Position numbers and translations under genes: made by a program | Notes under the pieces: generated by a model | Told to the model about the DNA's origin: nothing | The model's database searches: none | The model's input: the letters and a program-made list of their open reading frames with translations, nothing else | In this document: in pieces, positions 49,606-63,100 of the stretch | How positions within the stretch are numbered: position 1 is the first letter of the stretch | Layout: each line of letters starts with the position of its first letter | Source of the DNA: Paraphysomonas bandaiensis | Taxonomy: Eukaryota; Protista; Chrysophyceae | DNA length: 64,000 nt | NCBI GenBank assembly: GCA_965644295.1 | Contig: CBFFRP010000289.1 | Location: forward strand, 1-64,000 | Direction of reading: 5' to 3'

Positions 49606-51136
49606 TAATGTTGAGTGTGAGTTTCGCCATGATCGTGTGTCCTTGGACTCACTGGCGCGTGTTGTCAGGGGAATGGTATTGTCAAATAGAGTGTGATTGT
49701 ATGCACATATAAATTACCAGAAATGCTCTAAACCTTTGAGTTCCATAATGTTGACTTCCTTGTCATGCAATTATTTAAGTCAAAAACCAGGACTTACTCA
49801 GTCATATGGGCAGAAGTATATTGATATATGATATTACCTCAGTGATTGATATGTTGGAAGTTTCTTGCATCTCTTACTGTCAGAAAACAGCACAAAATCT
49901 CCTATGTTGTAAATGAGGTGTTCAGGACCTATATCTTGGGCAATAGTTCAGGTGTAACAAACATAAAAAATGTGCTCAGGGGTGGTGGTCTTCGCAGCTG
50001 AATCAGGCAAATGAAACGATCCATGTTTCAAATCAATCCACTTTCTTTGAAGTTGCCTTGACTCAGCTCTAATTCTGATATGTCATTTATCTTTTTCTGT
50101 GCGCTCTTTTGAATAAGAGTATCTCTGTTAGGAGACATCTTTTCGTATAAGAATGAGTCGAATATAATGAAGTTACCTACACATCATTTTGCACATAATG
50201 AGTTGACTAGGCTGCTGTGAGTGTTGTTCAATGCTATCATCCGAATAAGCATTCTTCATTTGAGTCGAGTTAGAATTGACTTTTATATTTTTCATTCGTA
50301 TTAACAGTGTTTTTTGTGTTGTTACGGTGTTTGTTTTCGAGCGTGGTCACATATCAATATAATTATGACAATATCATTTGGCGAACTAAACCAGGTACCA
50401 CTTTACCAAGTTTTATAATCATTTCGACCTAATATCGAACTGAAATAGAAGTATGACAAACAGAAAAAAACGCATATGATGATGTATAAGCATTACTACT
50501 TATTAAGATTGAACAAAAGCAGGTGGGCACTACACCCCTTATTTGCTACTTTACATTTCTGTAGATATTATTCAATTTTGTTTAGCTTTTCTGCATATGG
50601 TATTCATATATATGATGATGAGGTAGTTTGTCAAATATATCTATGTTGAGTTACTGCATATCAAAATTGCTAATACACTGAAGAGATGGGGATTTCATGA
50701 CATGCTCTTTCTGAAGTCGTGTCCTGCCCGTGAGACCTGTTCTCGAAGAAACCTGGCAAATTACTATTGTCCTATATTCCCTTGACTGCTTGCTTCCAGC
50801 GTCTTCCATTAAACTCGGCTCGAAAGTCATATTTCATATTTCGCATTTTGACAGCTGGCACATCCTGAATATGAAGTACAGTTCGTAGTTTTAGTTGAAA
50901 ACCCCGATATCTAGACACAGAAAAGTCAACGAACAGTCGAAAAAGTGTACCGAATCGAATGCGGAATACGGAGAAGTGGTGTGTGTGTTTGACTGCTGTG
51001 TGCTCTGTATGAAGTTCATTTTTGGAGATAGATGTGACGTCTCACGAGCTCTGCGCGTATATCACAAGCAGGAGAATTAACAGAGGAAGCGCACTCAGCG
51101 TAATCGAGGACTGATATCTTATCGGATCTATCAGCG

Positions 51137-53975
51137 ATGTTTTCTCAGTCGCTCTCTGAATTCACGAATTTCGCATCCAAAATATCCTCTGAACTGTCTC
51201 TGGACAATCTTCAGAATGAGGAGCAGAAGAATAGCGGACAGCAGGGTGTTGGAGTATCAACAGGAGTGGCTTCTCATAAGGATGAGGATCAGAGTGAGCG
51301 AATTAAGGATCTGGAAAACACTGTAGCTGACTTGCGTGAGTCTCTGGTGTCAGAGAAGGAGTCTTTTGAACGCTGTAATTCTGAACTGGAACGAACTAAA
51401 CTGAAACTCAGAGAAGAGATTGAAAATTCGATTTCATTAAAGCAATGCATTGAAGATAAGGAAGGTATTATTGCTGACATGACGCTTACGGCGTCGAATA
51501 TGCAGTCGAAAAACGCAGATCTACAGTCAGAGGTTGAGCAGCTGCGCAATGCTCTCTCTGCTACGTGCAACATACCGACAGATGGACAGGACACCACTTC
51601 TCTAAATGGAGTATGTGATACCTGTGAGGGCTTACGTACTCAGTTGGAATCTGTTAGACAGGCGTATGCATCCTTGCAGCATACGTGCTCCTTGTCGGAG
51701 GGAAGGGAGGCGACAAGTGTGCTGGAGCTGAAGGAAGGGCTCGCACAGATTCAGGAGAAGGGTGGTACAGAAGTCCTTACTCTGGCGGAGGCAAGAGCTG
51801 AAGTGAAGTCCTCTACGGAGGCCAGTGATTTTCTCGCAAAGCAGTTGGCAGAGAGAACCCAGGAGCTGGAGGTCGTGAGGAGTGAACTCTCGACTAGCAC
51901 AGCTGCATACGCTGAGTTGAAAGAAAAGCAGATTACATTGAGCGGCAAGATGAAAGAGAAAATCAAGCACTTTATGGACAAGCATGCTCAGCTTGAGGAA
52001 CATAAACGCCAGCTGATGGAATCTTTAAAAGAAAAGGTGTGAATTCAAGATACCCATCGATATTTGGGTCTTTGATATTAACTTGTCTTGATTTCGCAGG
52101 ACTCTGAAGTGACATCGTTGCGTCTTAAGCTGGATGCCATCGAGAATAACCTGTCAGATAGGAAGGCACTGTCAAGCGAACTCTCTGAGCGTTACAGTGA
52201 AGTGCAACGCGACCTGCAGCGCAAACAAGAAGAGATAGATTCCCTGTTGGCGGCACAGGAAAATTCAGTTCGTCAGCTCATGGATAAAGAACAAGAGGCG
52301 CAGAATAAGTCAAAGGAAGTCGAGGATTTACGGGTGCGTCTTCGTGAGACCATGGAAGAAGTTCAGCGGGAAGCTGAGAGAGCACAAGAGCGTTGTGATA
52401 TAGCTGAGAGAGAGAGCCATGCTGCTGCCGAAAGGAGGGTGACAGAAATGGCATGTGCTCTTGAAGAAAATAGAGCACTATTGGACGGTGAAAGGACTAA
52501 AGTACGTGATCTAGAAGAGCAAATTACGTGTATGCAAGAGAAGTCGATAGAGATAAGATCTAGTGCTCAATCACTTGAAGATTACAAGTCACGTGCACAG
52601 AAAGCCCTAAAACAGGTAATATCGGTGTATTTCTGTATGGAGTGTCCATGAAAAAGTGGAAATAATATCGCAATTTCTGTTTCTTTATATATAATGTTGA
52701 CCCACGTGTATGTACCCTCTTAGGCCAATGCCACCTCCGCTACCCTCACAAATCGCGTATCTTCCCTAGAGAATGCTTTGGGTGAAGCGGAGGAAAAGTT
52801 GAAGGAGGCCGAGAATCATATCATGGAGCTAATTGAAGAAAGAGGCTCTCTACAGCAACAAATAAAGGACGTCAGGTGAGAGAATCGCCGTTTTATTTTA
52901 TGATGGTCACCTGTTTGTAGTGCCAAGTTGAAGGAAGAGAAGGAAATGCACCGAACAGCGGTGGAGTTGCTAGAGCAAGCCAACAAGGACATTTCCTCTG
53001 AAGTGATTCGTATGAAGGATGCTATCTTGGCTATGGAAGAGGAGAAGGCACGGACCCTAGCAGCCGAGAAGCAAGTGAGTGCGGTTCGATAGCCCAGTCA
53101 TTCACATAGCTCATTGCTTCGTGTTTCGTTGTCTGCAGCACACTCTTGAGGTCCCTGATGACTCCCCACGATTTACTCTCTCTCCTCGCACTCCGCCAAG
53201 TAGCACAGACTCTGACCTGGAGAAGATTTCAATTCGTCGCCCGACACACCCAAACTCCGAGTTGCGAGATGAAGTGCATGCGGTGTGCGGTAGTGACGAC
53301 GAAATCCCAGACAACACTCGAAGTGATAGCGATAGTATGGTGCTGATTTCTCAAAATGACAGACGTGGTATTCGGAAGCATGAAACCGGGGATGAAGATG
53401 ACACAGTTTCGCTGAGTGACGGCCCGTCCTCGAATGACTTATTCCTTATCAAGCAGGTAACTGTGCGCACTTTTCGTGCTTGGATCTTTAATGTTGCGTG
53501 TAGTACAAAGCCACAGTGAAAGATCTACATCGCGAAATCGCCCAATGCCACGCTGACATGGAACATTTGCGGCACTCTTTGCAAGCGGAGCAAGAAAATA
53601 AAGTAGCATTATAGCACTGACACTATCAATTTGCTAATATTGGCATTTCAGGCTAGAGTAGTGCAGCAGTTAGATGAGCTCAACGCTTTTCATGAGAGGA
53701 CGAAGAGGTTGTTGAACTCCCCTGACTCAGCTGTGAACATTGAGTACCTGAAGAAGTGTGTGTATCGGCTAATGATAACTAAAGAACTAAGCGAGAAGAA
53801 ACGCCTCTATCCTGTGATATCTGTCATTCTTAAATTTACCCCCCAGGAATCAACCCACGTGACTAAAGCGATAGACGAAGAGATTTCGGCATCCACGGCT
53901 AGTGTAGTTGACTCAACGTGGGTTAGCATCAGTGACATGGCTTCAAGTTCTATAGGTGGCCTGTTTCGAGGCTAG
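51137..53975 (+). CDS. GRIP-domain golgin (long coiled coil), multi-exon
   Basis: Extended heptad coiled coil, EDYKSRAQKALK, C-terminal NIEYLKKCVYRLM...LYPVISVILKFTPQE GRIP motif. Confidence 0.87.
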
Positions 53976-54242
53976 ACTTTTGTATATATTGTTTTACGTA
54001 TTTCATGGTATTGCTCTTTATGGTGAGTTTTGTATTAGCTTTCTTCAAGTGGTGAACTGCTGCCTAATAAAATTTTGTTGTTTATTGTTTCAGCACCCGG
54101 TTTTCTGAATTTGGTGCTGTCTTCTTTTTCAGGTGGTGATATTGTTTATCACTACAAGGTAACGTTGTAAACTCTCCCTCGTGTAGATATATTGTGGAAA
54201 AGGAAAGGAGGTACTATGACGCGAGTTTGACGTTTGACAACT

Positions 54243-54498
54243 TATTAGGATTCAGCTTAATACAAGATTGTATCTGTGAGTTATAATGTTCAATGAAATA
54301 TATCATGAACTGAATTACAGAGAATATCTGTTGAAGATACAACATGATCGTCATCATAACGTCGTAATTATCAGTTACACTTCTAACCATTCCGTTGTGC
54401 ATGATAGTTATGTTTTATATTGTTATTCATAATTCTCACTCTATATTGTGTTCTTTGTTCTTTACTACTTTACACTCTAGTAAGATCAATTCTTTATT
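54243..54498 (+). mobile_element. Solo LTR of the 8769 Copia family (small internal deletion)
   Basis: TATTAGGATTCA...GATCAATTCTTTATT; flanks CAACT/CCACC match at only 3 of 5 positions. Confidence 0.88.
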
Positions 54499-54665
54499 CC
54501 ACCGTCTGAGACCTGAGACAGTGGTAGTTGTATCGTTGTATCCATATCCATGTGCACAGGTGATTAGATATAGGGTAGGAAAAAGCGGTAATGATTTCTT
54601 GCAACACTTAACTTCAAATTCACCAAGCTTTGCTATATCTAATATCGATATCATTTGTCATTGTA

Positions 54666-55200
54666 TCTAGTTCCCATAACGATAACTGCTTGTGCGTTAC
54701 CGCAAGCACGAAGGTGCGACCATTCTCTCACAATATATTATTATAAATGTGCAAGTATGTCGTAAGTAGGAGTTAGCAATAGTACATGAATTAATGATAT
54801 GATATATGTAGGAATTATGTTCCCTCAATAAAGTCGGACTCGCACCTTTTCGCGGTGTTCTGGGGGATAAGAGTAGCGGAGATATTTCTCCGGGAAACTG
54901 ACGTGAGCCGCATATATAGTCAGCAGATATTGTTCTGCCCACTCGTAGCCTAATGCTTCTGTGGTACAAGGGACACTAATAAGTGTCACTACTTGTGTAG
55001 AGATGTCTTTGGGACCTGACAAATAATAATGGCATCGGGGACAGGGCCCATCTCAAGGGTAACCGGGGTATTGTTTGGCTGCCTGCTGAAGTTAAGCTCC
55101 CGGGATATTTACCTTAAGAGCTCAAAAAAACTGAAGTCAGCAGATAGATGTCAGGTATATATCAACACTCTGCTTGCTCACTGTGTTTGCTTTGAGTGAT
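54666..55200. repeat. Repeat family A composite (core forward at about 54688-54721, body reverse at 54821-55200)
   Basis: Direct alignment to 36810-37110 and 32075-32140. Confidence 0.8.
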
Positions 55201-55209
55201 TGATGCTGA

Positions 55210-55587
55210 GTATGAGTTCACATTATTCGATATAATATCTGTGTGGCCAATGACCGAGGTATTGCTTCAAACTTTCCTCATATGGATGCATGATGGCAAT
55301 GGCAATAATGTGATTAGACCTGTCATATCTTCTCACACGTCTACTGCCTAGTCTTGGTTTCTTCTGACCGCAAGCACGAAGGTGCGACCATTCTCTCACA
55401 ATATATATTATTATAAATGTCCAAGTATGAGTTCTCACATTATTCGATATAATATCTGTGTGGCCAATGACCGAGGTATTGCTTCAAACTTTCCTCATAT
55501 GGATGCATAATGGCAATGGCAATATTGTGATTAGACCTGTCATATCTTCTCACACGTCTACTGCCTAGTCTTGGTTTCTTCTGACCC
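55210..55587 (+). repeat. Direct duplication of about 160 bp, separated by a family-A fragment
   Basis: CACATTATTCGATATAATATCTG...GGTTTCTTCTGACC at about 55219-55369 and 55436-55587; the spacer matches 54700-54759. Confidence 0.9.
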
Positions 55588-56350
55588 AGGTCATTGAGAT
55601 TATATCAAGGCTCTGGCACTGTTATCCAAGCAGGGTCAGGTACATTTGTGTTTCCTTTATATTATTTCTTACTTATAATAATAGTAGGTTTTTATCCGAG
55701 CGGAGAAGAGGTGCACGGTTTCCTACTAGCGTAAGTCACTCGGGAGAAGAGTGCTGGAGGCATGTATGTGCTGGACGAGTACACATCATAATGGAGGGAA
55801 GACATAGGAGTCAGCTTGAATTTGTAACAGATTTTGGTAGACATATCTGTTTCATGCATCAGCGTGCAAAATTGCACCAGTGAGGAGACCGCTTCGTGAC
55901 CGTGGGAGGACCCGGCGCTAGAGCTACTATACTACATGCTGCTGTGAACACCACCTTCTTGAAGATCTATCGCATATGTATACAAGAGACATAATATATG
56001 CCGAAGACACCGACCGCAATTTGTTTGTGTTGTTAGGACAATTTATTACCAGTAATAATAGAAGCAGAATCAACTGCACCAGTGTCTACCCACTCCTTAT
56101 AGTGGGTTCCTGGATATAACTCCACCACCTCGGAATATTGTCTTTTTTACTGGAGGGAATATTATGAGGCTTATCATGGTGGGCTACATTCAATATTAGG
56201 TACAGAGTACACAAACAAGCATATATATATATAAAGTATACCAGATGCAAGCGAGAAGAATTTGGAGCGCACTGACTTATCCTCCCTGGTGGCACCACAT
56301 TTCTTCTTGCTTTTGTAAACAAAATGATAGGTACCATCATCATTGACAGC

Positions 56351-57480
56351 ATGGACAATACCACGCATCCTAGTGACAGTAACAATTTCGTCACCAGGAG
56401 GCGTGCCGTCGTCGAAGACAGGAGAGGCCTGAGGTTTTATGTGGGATGCTTACTCCGGACCAAGTGCGTCTACCCACGGTACGACATCATGCTGCTACGG
56501 TACCGTTAGCATATGGCACAATGGAACAGTGGTTCCGCTTACCGGGGATCACGAAGTTCAGGAGTGATTACCAATATATTCCTCTGGAGTTTGAGGACCA
56601 CGATAGAGTGATATCTTCCTTGAACCATTGGTTTAAAGTCCAAGGCTTTACCTATGATCCGGAAAGAGGACCTAACCAGGATGATTCGGGGTCGCTAGTT
56701 TTTGAACCGGATGACTTGAACCTGGAACCCTCGAGGATTAATAAACGAAAGGGGGCTGGCCGGAGAACCAAGGCCTCTGCACGCAACAGTTTAGTGGTGC
56801 CGAAGAAGGTGGGTGTAAGCTGCAAGAAGGCCCGTGCCACGAAGAAAGCGCAGGAACTGACCGAGAAGATCACTTCCAAGAAACCCAATCGGAGTAAAGT
56901 CGTGAAAAATGTCTGCTTTTATGCTTCTGATATATGTATTTAACTTTTCACTTCTTGTGCAGGGGCACCACACCATCATGAAGAAGTAATCACGATTGAG
57001 GTCGGAGGTATTTCTCCTCCACCCTCTCCCATCCACCAGCAGAATGGGGGTATTCCTCACCCACCCCCTCCCCTCCACCAGGATGCTGTCGTTAAAGAGT
57101 TGATGCAGCAACTGAAAGAGTCCCAGGCTATGAATAAGGAGATGAGAGACGAGATGATGAAGCAGATCGTATCAATCAAAGAAGTGGCTCCCTCACCTAT
57201 ACAGCAGGACCCTCCTGCTCAGCCTGCTTCTATTGTTGGTGCTTCCGAACCGCCTGTACCTCCTACCATCCCCGTCGTGCCATGCACTACTTCTCTTCGT
57301 GCATGTGGCGTTACTGGGGGGCCACTTGTACCTCACGCTGTTCGTTTTGGCAATGATCATAATTCTTATATGTTTATGTCAGCAATTCAAGATCAAAGCG
57401 AACGACTGCATCGACTGCATGATGCTGAGAAGAAGAATGTCTTGTATGAGAACTTAGTGTTGCATAATTATTTCAAATGA
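56351..57480 (+). pseudogene. Hypothetical protein or pseudogene, possibly transposon-borne
   Basis: ORF 56446-56943 splices (GT at about 56895, AG 56961) into a Pro-rich frame continuing to 57480. Apparent 1-nt frameshift near 56445. Lies inside a repeat island. Confidence 0.4.
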
Positions 57481-57762
57481 AATATCTTTTTTGATGAATC
57501 CTAATTAATTTATGGATATTGTCTGCAATTAATTACTTCATGTATGTTGTGTTGTCTGTGTATAATATATAGTAGTTACTTTGATGTGAGATATTACAGT
57601 AGATTTATATATGAAAAGTAACAATATAAAACAATATTTTAGTAAAATATTTTAAAAATATATTATATAATTGAGAATATACAACAACTATATTGTAATT
57701 AACATTAACCCTAGTCTTCAAATACGTACATATATATGACACTTTTCCATATATATATGATG

Positions 57763-58096
57763 AAACCTGGTGAAATCGCTTTACCAGGTTTCACGATCAC
57801 ATCGGCTTTCAAGTAGATTGGGCACGAGCGTATGATCCGGCTTAAACACGAGAGTTTTCAATCTTACGAGAGGCAAATGCAGCTATATGAGAATATATAT
57901 GATAAAATATAGTACAAAACACAAGTAGCAGGGTCAACTTGCGATAACAGCTTTAATTGCGATAAATATACTGCTAATAACAGCTTTAATTGCGACTTTT
58001 TCTCTATCTTTAACCTCTCAAATACAAATTACAGTAAAATAATATAAGAAGTCAATACTTAGATATAAAATCTGGTGAAATCGCTTTACCAGGTTT
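57763..58096. repeat. Two copies of a 29-bp hairpin, AAA(C/T)CTGGTGAAATCGCTTTACCAGGTTT
   Basis: Copies at about 57763-57791 and 58068-58096. Confidence 0.75.
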
Positions 58097-58454
58097 GGTA
58101 TTACCTCGACTTTACTACTCGTATATATATACATTATCTTAAAACTAGAAACTTATTGAGCATTACAAATACGCTATAGTTCGAGCTGAACTTCGTCTTC
58201 TTGTAATTTAAGGTCAAGAGCAAAAAAACAGCACATTTTACAGAATGCAAGATAATGACCGAGATATTAAACAGAGACGACAAATCAGAAGGGAGGCTTT
58301 GTTTGGTAACAGATAGCAGTGGTGTAGCAATGAATAATAGTCAGTAAGGGTGATGGCTATTAAGGGTAATAAATGGCTATCGTCCTTAAAGTTTTCCAAG
58401 TTCTAATCCTAATACGTCCTTATAAACAAAAGAGTAAATAATTACAACCTTCCT

Positions 58455-58541
58455 GCGAGCAATTAAATTACAATTATTACGTATATTTCATGTAATTTAA
58501 TTGCAATTACTTGCAATTCAATTTATTGTTGCGCAACCCTG
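58455..58541 (+). mobile_element. Isolated hAT-like right terminus
   Basis: AATTGCAATTA subterminal repeats ending GCGCAACCCTG, like the 18797 end. No matching TSD found. Confidence 0.45.
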
Positions 58542-60146
58542 ATATTCAAAACAGTCAATAGTGATGGTTTTAAAACTGTACATATTTCCGATGTAATTAC
58601 ATCTTGTTTTCTTGTTTCATAGTTATCATATATATGTCGTTTCTAAAAGCTACTGTTTGATCACTTCAATTTGGAAATATTATTTTAGATATTTGAACAC
58701 TTCCTGTTATAGCTGTATTTGTTCCACCATAAGATAAATTAGTTGTTTTTGGTTTCATAATTTCAACATCTGTTTTCATTGCTGTTGTTTGTATTGAATC
58801 GTCATTGAACTTTTAGTGTTCCTCGTCCATAGAATTTACTGATGGTAAAACAAGAGTTGCACACATTATGTCTTATATCTCCACTCTTTTGAATATATCC
58901 TGTTAATTCAATATCGACTACACTGTGTACTATATTTTTATAGTCTAATGCATTAAATACAGTGTTTGCTCTTTTCGGTTTTGGGTAAATACTCCTAATT
59001 ATATATATAATATATATATATTAATACTATATAATTATTTAATGTAAAAAAATAATTATTCTATAACATGTATATATATATGTATTATGTATGTCAAAAA
59101 GTTCTATTACTAATATTGCTAATCACATTGACAAATATAATGTCATTCAAGGTAACACAAATACACAATATCTAACAAATGCTACTTTTCCTACATCATT
59201 TACATCATTTTAGAAACGTTGTAGTCCAGGTATTTCAGCACAGAAATATAACAATATTCATACTATGTCTGGTAGGAAGAAATTGTACCACCCTTGCTAT
59301 CAACCCTTTCTTTCCATATGTTGTACAACGCACTAACACCTATACACAAGTAAACGCCAGGGCAATTCATCACGCCTGTTATACTCCTCGGTTGAGCGTC
59401 GATATAATAGTCATGGCACTTGCCCCAAATGAACCTTAAAGTGATGCTTATATCTTCGGTAGATAGAATAGTACCACTGAAGCGACTATTGGAACATGAA
59501 ACATCCAATGGGTCGGCCTTTGGCTCAGATGGATTGAAGAAAGGGCAGCACGATGCCTTGAAGGCAATCTCGGAGGTAATTTCACATGAACGACTGCCCT
59601 CCTGGAATATTATGACCTTATTCTTTAATCATGAGGGTCTACCGCGCATACTTTGAGGAGTATTGATCTCTGTTATCACAATGTCTATCAGCACCAGAGT
59701 CATCTTAAAGGGACCTCTTCCGCGTTTAAACTGATTCCTCGGCATCGAGTCGAGGACATGAATAAGAGGCAGACAGAGGACGAGTGTCGCTACACATCCT
59801 ATAAAAAATGGGCCTTTTCTTGCTTAAATCGCAGTTAATGTTACGGAATTAACGTAAAAGGTACTTTTCATGATTTTTTTCATAAATGTTACCATTTTTG
59901 TCTTTCTTCTGTATCAACTGCTGAGATCTGAGATACCTTTGTAACTATTACCCATCAGATTTTAGACACAGCCTTATGAAACGCAGGCAGCAATTAACGA
60001 CAACAGGAAGTGCGAGGCGAAGTTGAATAGCATAATTCGGACTATCAGAGTCATTGGCTTTGCGAGCCAATCGGACTTCCAATTCGATCCGAATAAATGC
60101 ATTAAATATAGTAATAGTCGAACCAGTAGAGTTTGTCCGCAGTAGC

Positions 60147-63100
60147 ATGCAGCAACCTGCACAAGAAGAGGGTCCAGTCGAAGGAGACCCGTCATCGCCT
60201 CAACAGAGTTCTGTCATCACTGAGGATTATAAGTATCATTTTTCGAGGCAGGGTTTATACACTTAGTCTGTGCATAGTCGAATAATATCTCTGATAGGTC
60301 CAATTTGCTCAGCATGGCATTGGTGCTGTTCATTGTAGTTCTAATGATACCACTTGTTCTTCAAAACGATACGGATGGGTACTTCTTTGCCGGAGGAATC
60401 CTTGGAGCAGTCTCTTCGGTAAATATATAAGTTCCTTCGAATTGACATTTTATTGACAGTGCAGGGTGTTGTCCTTGTGAGCTATCTTCTTCACCCATCG
60501 AGAAGGACTCCGTCCATGTCCTTGCTGTCGTTCCGTGCCCTATGTGATATGGGCATCGGGTTTAGATTTGTCTTCAACAGCTACTTCAACCAAAACCTAT
60601 GCGGAGACTCACACTGTGATATAGATGATGGTAAGAGGACTTCATTTTCGAATCTGTCACTCAATGTTCATCAGATGAAGTGGGCGGTAGCGATGAGTTA
60701 TACCGCAACTGTTCCGCTCCCTCCGGTATGATAGAGTTCTTTGAGCTAGCGTCAGAAGCATGGTTTTTTTGTCTGGCCTTTGACCTTGCTGTGTCTATCA
60801 CGAACCCTTTCTCGTCCTTTAGTCAGCGGTAAGTTCTACACTGTGAAATAGTGTATTTATATTATTTACATGTGCAACTGTATATAGGATGAAATACTAC
60901 CATGTTGTGTGCTGGGGATTTGGGCTCGGCATGGCCCTTATTCTCTCCCTCACACGGGGTCTTCATGGATTCTGGTATGTTGACGAGAGTGTAGATACCA
61001 CCGCTATATGCTGGATAAAGTCACGTAAAGATGGGCGATTAAACTTTCGCACCTTCGTATTCCTCTATATCCCTCTAGTAGTGGTGTATGTGTATTGCCT
61101 GAGAGTTCTCAGCGGTGCTTACTCACACCTGCGGAAGGGTATTTCTAAAACATTTCAGCACCGCGTGAGGGTCCTCGTCATGAACTCAATCAACATTGGG
61201 ATATATATGCTGTACTGGGCAGTTCTGGGGGTCATGTATGCTTTCGCGTATGCTTTCTCTGAGAAGAACCGCATTATATCGCGTTGGTTCTGGCGCATTG
61301 TCATGTTCATAATATCTTCCAAGGGGTTTGCTGATTTAATCGTGTTCATACTTGTGAGCGATGCCCAGGTACCTACGGGAAAGGGGAATGTGGAGTCTTT
61401 TGACGTAAATCGGGCTTTGAGACAGGAGGTTCTACATTACGCCACCACGGGTATACGGGAGTGCGCCTCTCGGAAGTCAGACTCTCCATCGAAAAGGAAA
61501 TTGGTTATATTGATGTCACAGAAGAACATTCCTCTTCAGAATATCCTCACCATGCAGCATCTGCTACGACTTGTCTTTAGCGGACCTGACATCGGCAATA
61601 ATAACGTCAGCGTGGATGCTGGGGGACCGAATCCCGACGAGGGATTGACACAACAGGTGGACACTGAGCTGCTGCATGTTGATGATAGTGAGGGAGGGTA
61701 TCCCGCTGCCAAACGCATGAAGGCACGTCGAAGCACTCTCGGAAAACGACATGCGTTTCCTCTGGGATATGATAACAATGATGTGCTCTCTGCTCCCCCT
61801 CCGACTGAATGCGAGTCTGGATTCGACAGAGAGTTTTCGATGGAATCTTCTGACCGGAGTGGATGTGGAAACCATTCTTCACTCGCCTCAAGCCCCACTA
61901 TCACTTTTGTGGATTGGGTCAAGTCCTCCTTTAGCGGCAAGATGGACAGCGCAATAGCTGGTATGAATACCTTTCTTGTTTTCATATCTAAAATTTGCAG
62001 CTTATATTTTTGTTGTACAGACGACGCGCGTATTGACCATGGTGAAGATGACAATGCCGATGAGGAGTCGGGAATAAGAAGCAGACAATCCTCTAGCCGC
62101 GTGAGTGCAGAGAGAGAGAAACGCACGATCTACGAAACAGGTCCGAACGTATCATTACTTTTTTCCATTTGCTAGTATAAAACTGTGTGCAGCGAACCAA
62201 TACTTTACTATTTGGAGCAAAATGTGCCATCAACTGACGCACCCCACTGAGATGTGTACGTGGTTTTCGTTGAACAGGTTTGATGAACTTTATTTATCAT
62301 TGCCATATATGAGTATACTTTGATGACCAGTACTCCTGATGTATCTGTGGAGTTTGTGGAGTACGAGCCCTACTACTTCAGACAGATCCGCCTCTCATCG
62401 GGCGTTGAAGATTTGGATTACATTACGTGAGTCGTCGTATCATAAGAGTTGTGATTTAATTATCTGTTCAGTTCTTTCATGAAGACCATCAAAGAGCGCT
62501 TGACAGAAGGTGGTGCTTCTGGTGCGTTCTTCTTCTTTACTAAAGACGAAAAGTTCATTTCCAAGTCATGTACTTTGGATGAAATTGCTCATATTCGTCG
62601 CTCTTCGCTGATGCTCTCTCGGTACTTTCAAGAGAATCCTGATAGCTTCATTACGAAGGTACGATATATTGGAGTCTTTGGTGTGTCGCATATTATTTAT
62701 AATCCTAGATATATGGCGCCTACAAGCTCCAGATATACGGGACATCGTTTTACTTTTTTGTGACAAACAATATATTTCTCAATCCGTATAATGAAGTTAT
62801 CAACGAGAAGTACGACCTAAAGGGGTCTTGGGTGAAGCGAAACTCCACACCTCCTCAAATCGGACAGCGTGTGACTTGCACCCATTGCAACCAAAAATTC
62901 ACCTTTAGTGGTACGCAGAAAAATAAGAAGAAAAGCAAGGGACTGAAGTATACGTATGTGCGAATTCGATTCATCGTTATTTTGACGTCCTTTGTAGAAT
63001 TGCGAAGCTCAACCGGTCTTCAATCTCAGGAAGAAATGAAGAACAAAACGATCACAATGAGTCCAGTAGGTAGGCGTATATATGACTGGTGACCTCATCG

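Noticed and set aside
17600-55400. Recurring 35-bp hairpin as a CRISPR repeat
   Set aside because: Copies are kilobases apart in both orientations, with no spacer periodicity, no cas genes and a eukaryotic context.
57929-58541. CAGGG...CCCTG pair as an intact hAT element
   Set aside because: TIR similarity is limited to a few bases and the 8-bp flanks do not match.
59179-59900. Short ORFs upstream of the GPCR-PIPK gene
   Set aside because: Stops in all frames and no motif; unsupported.
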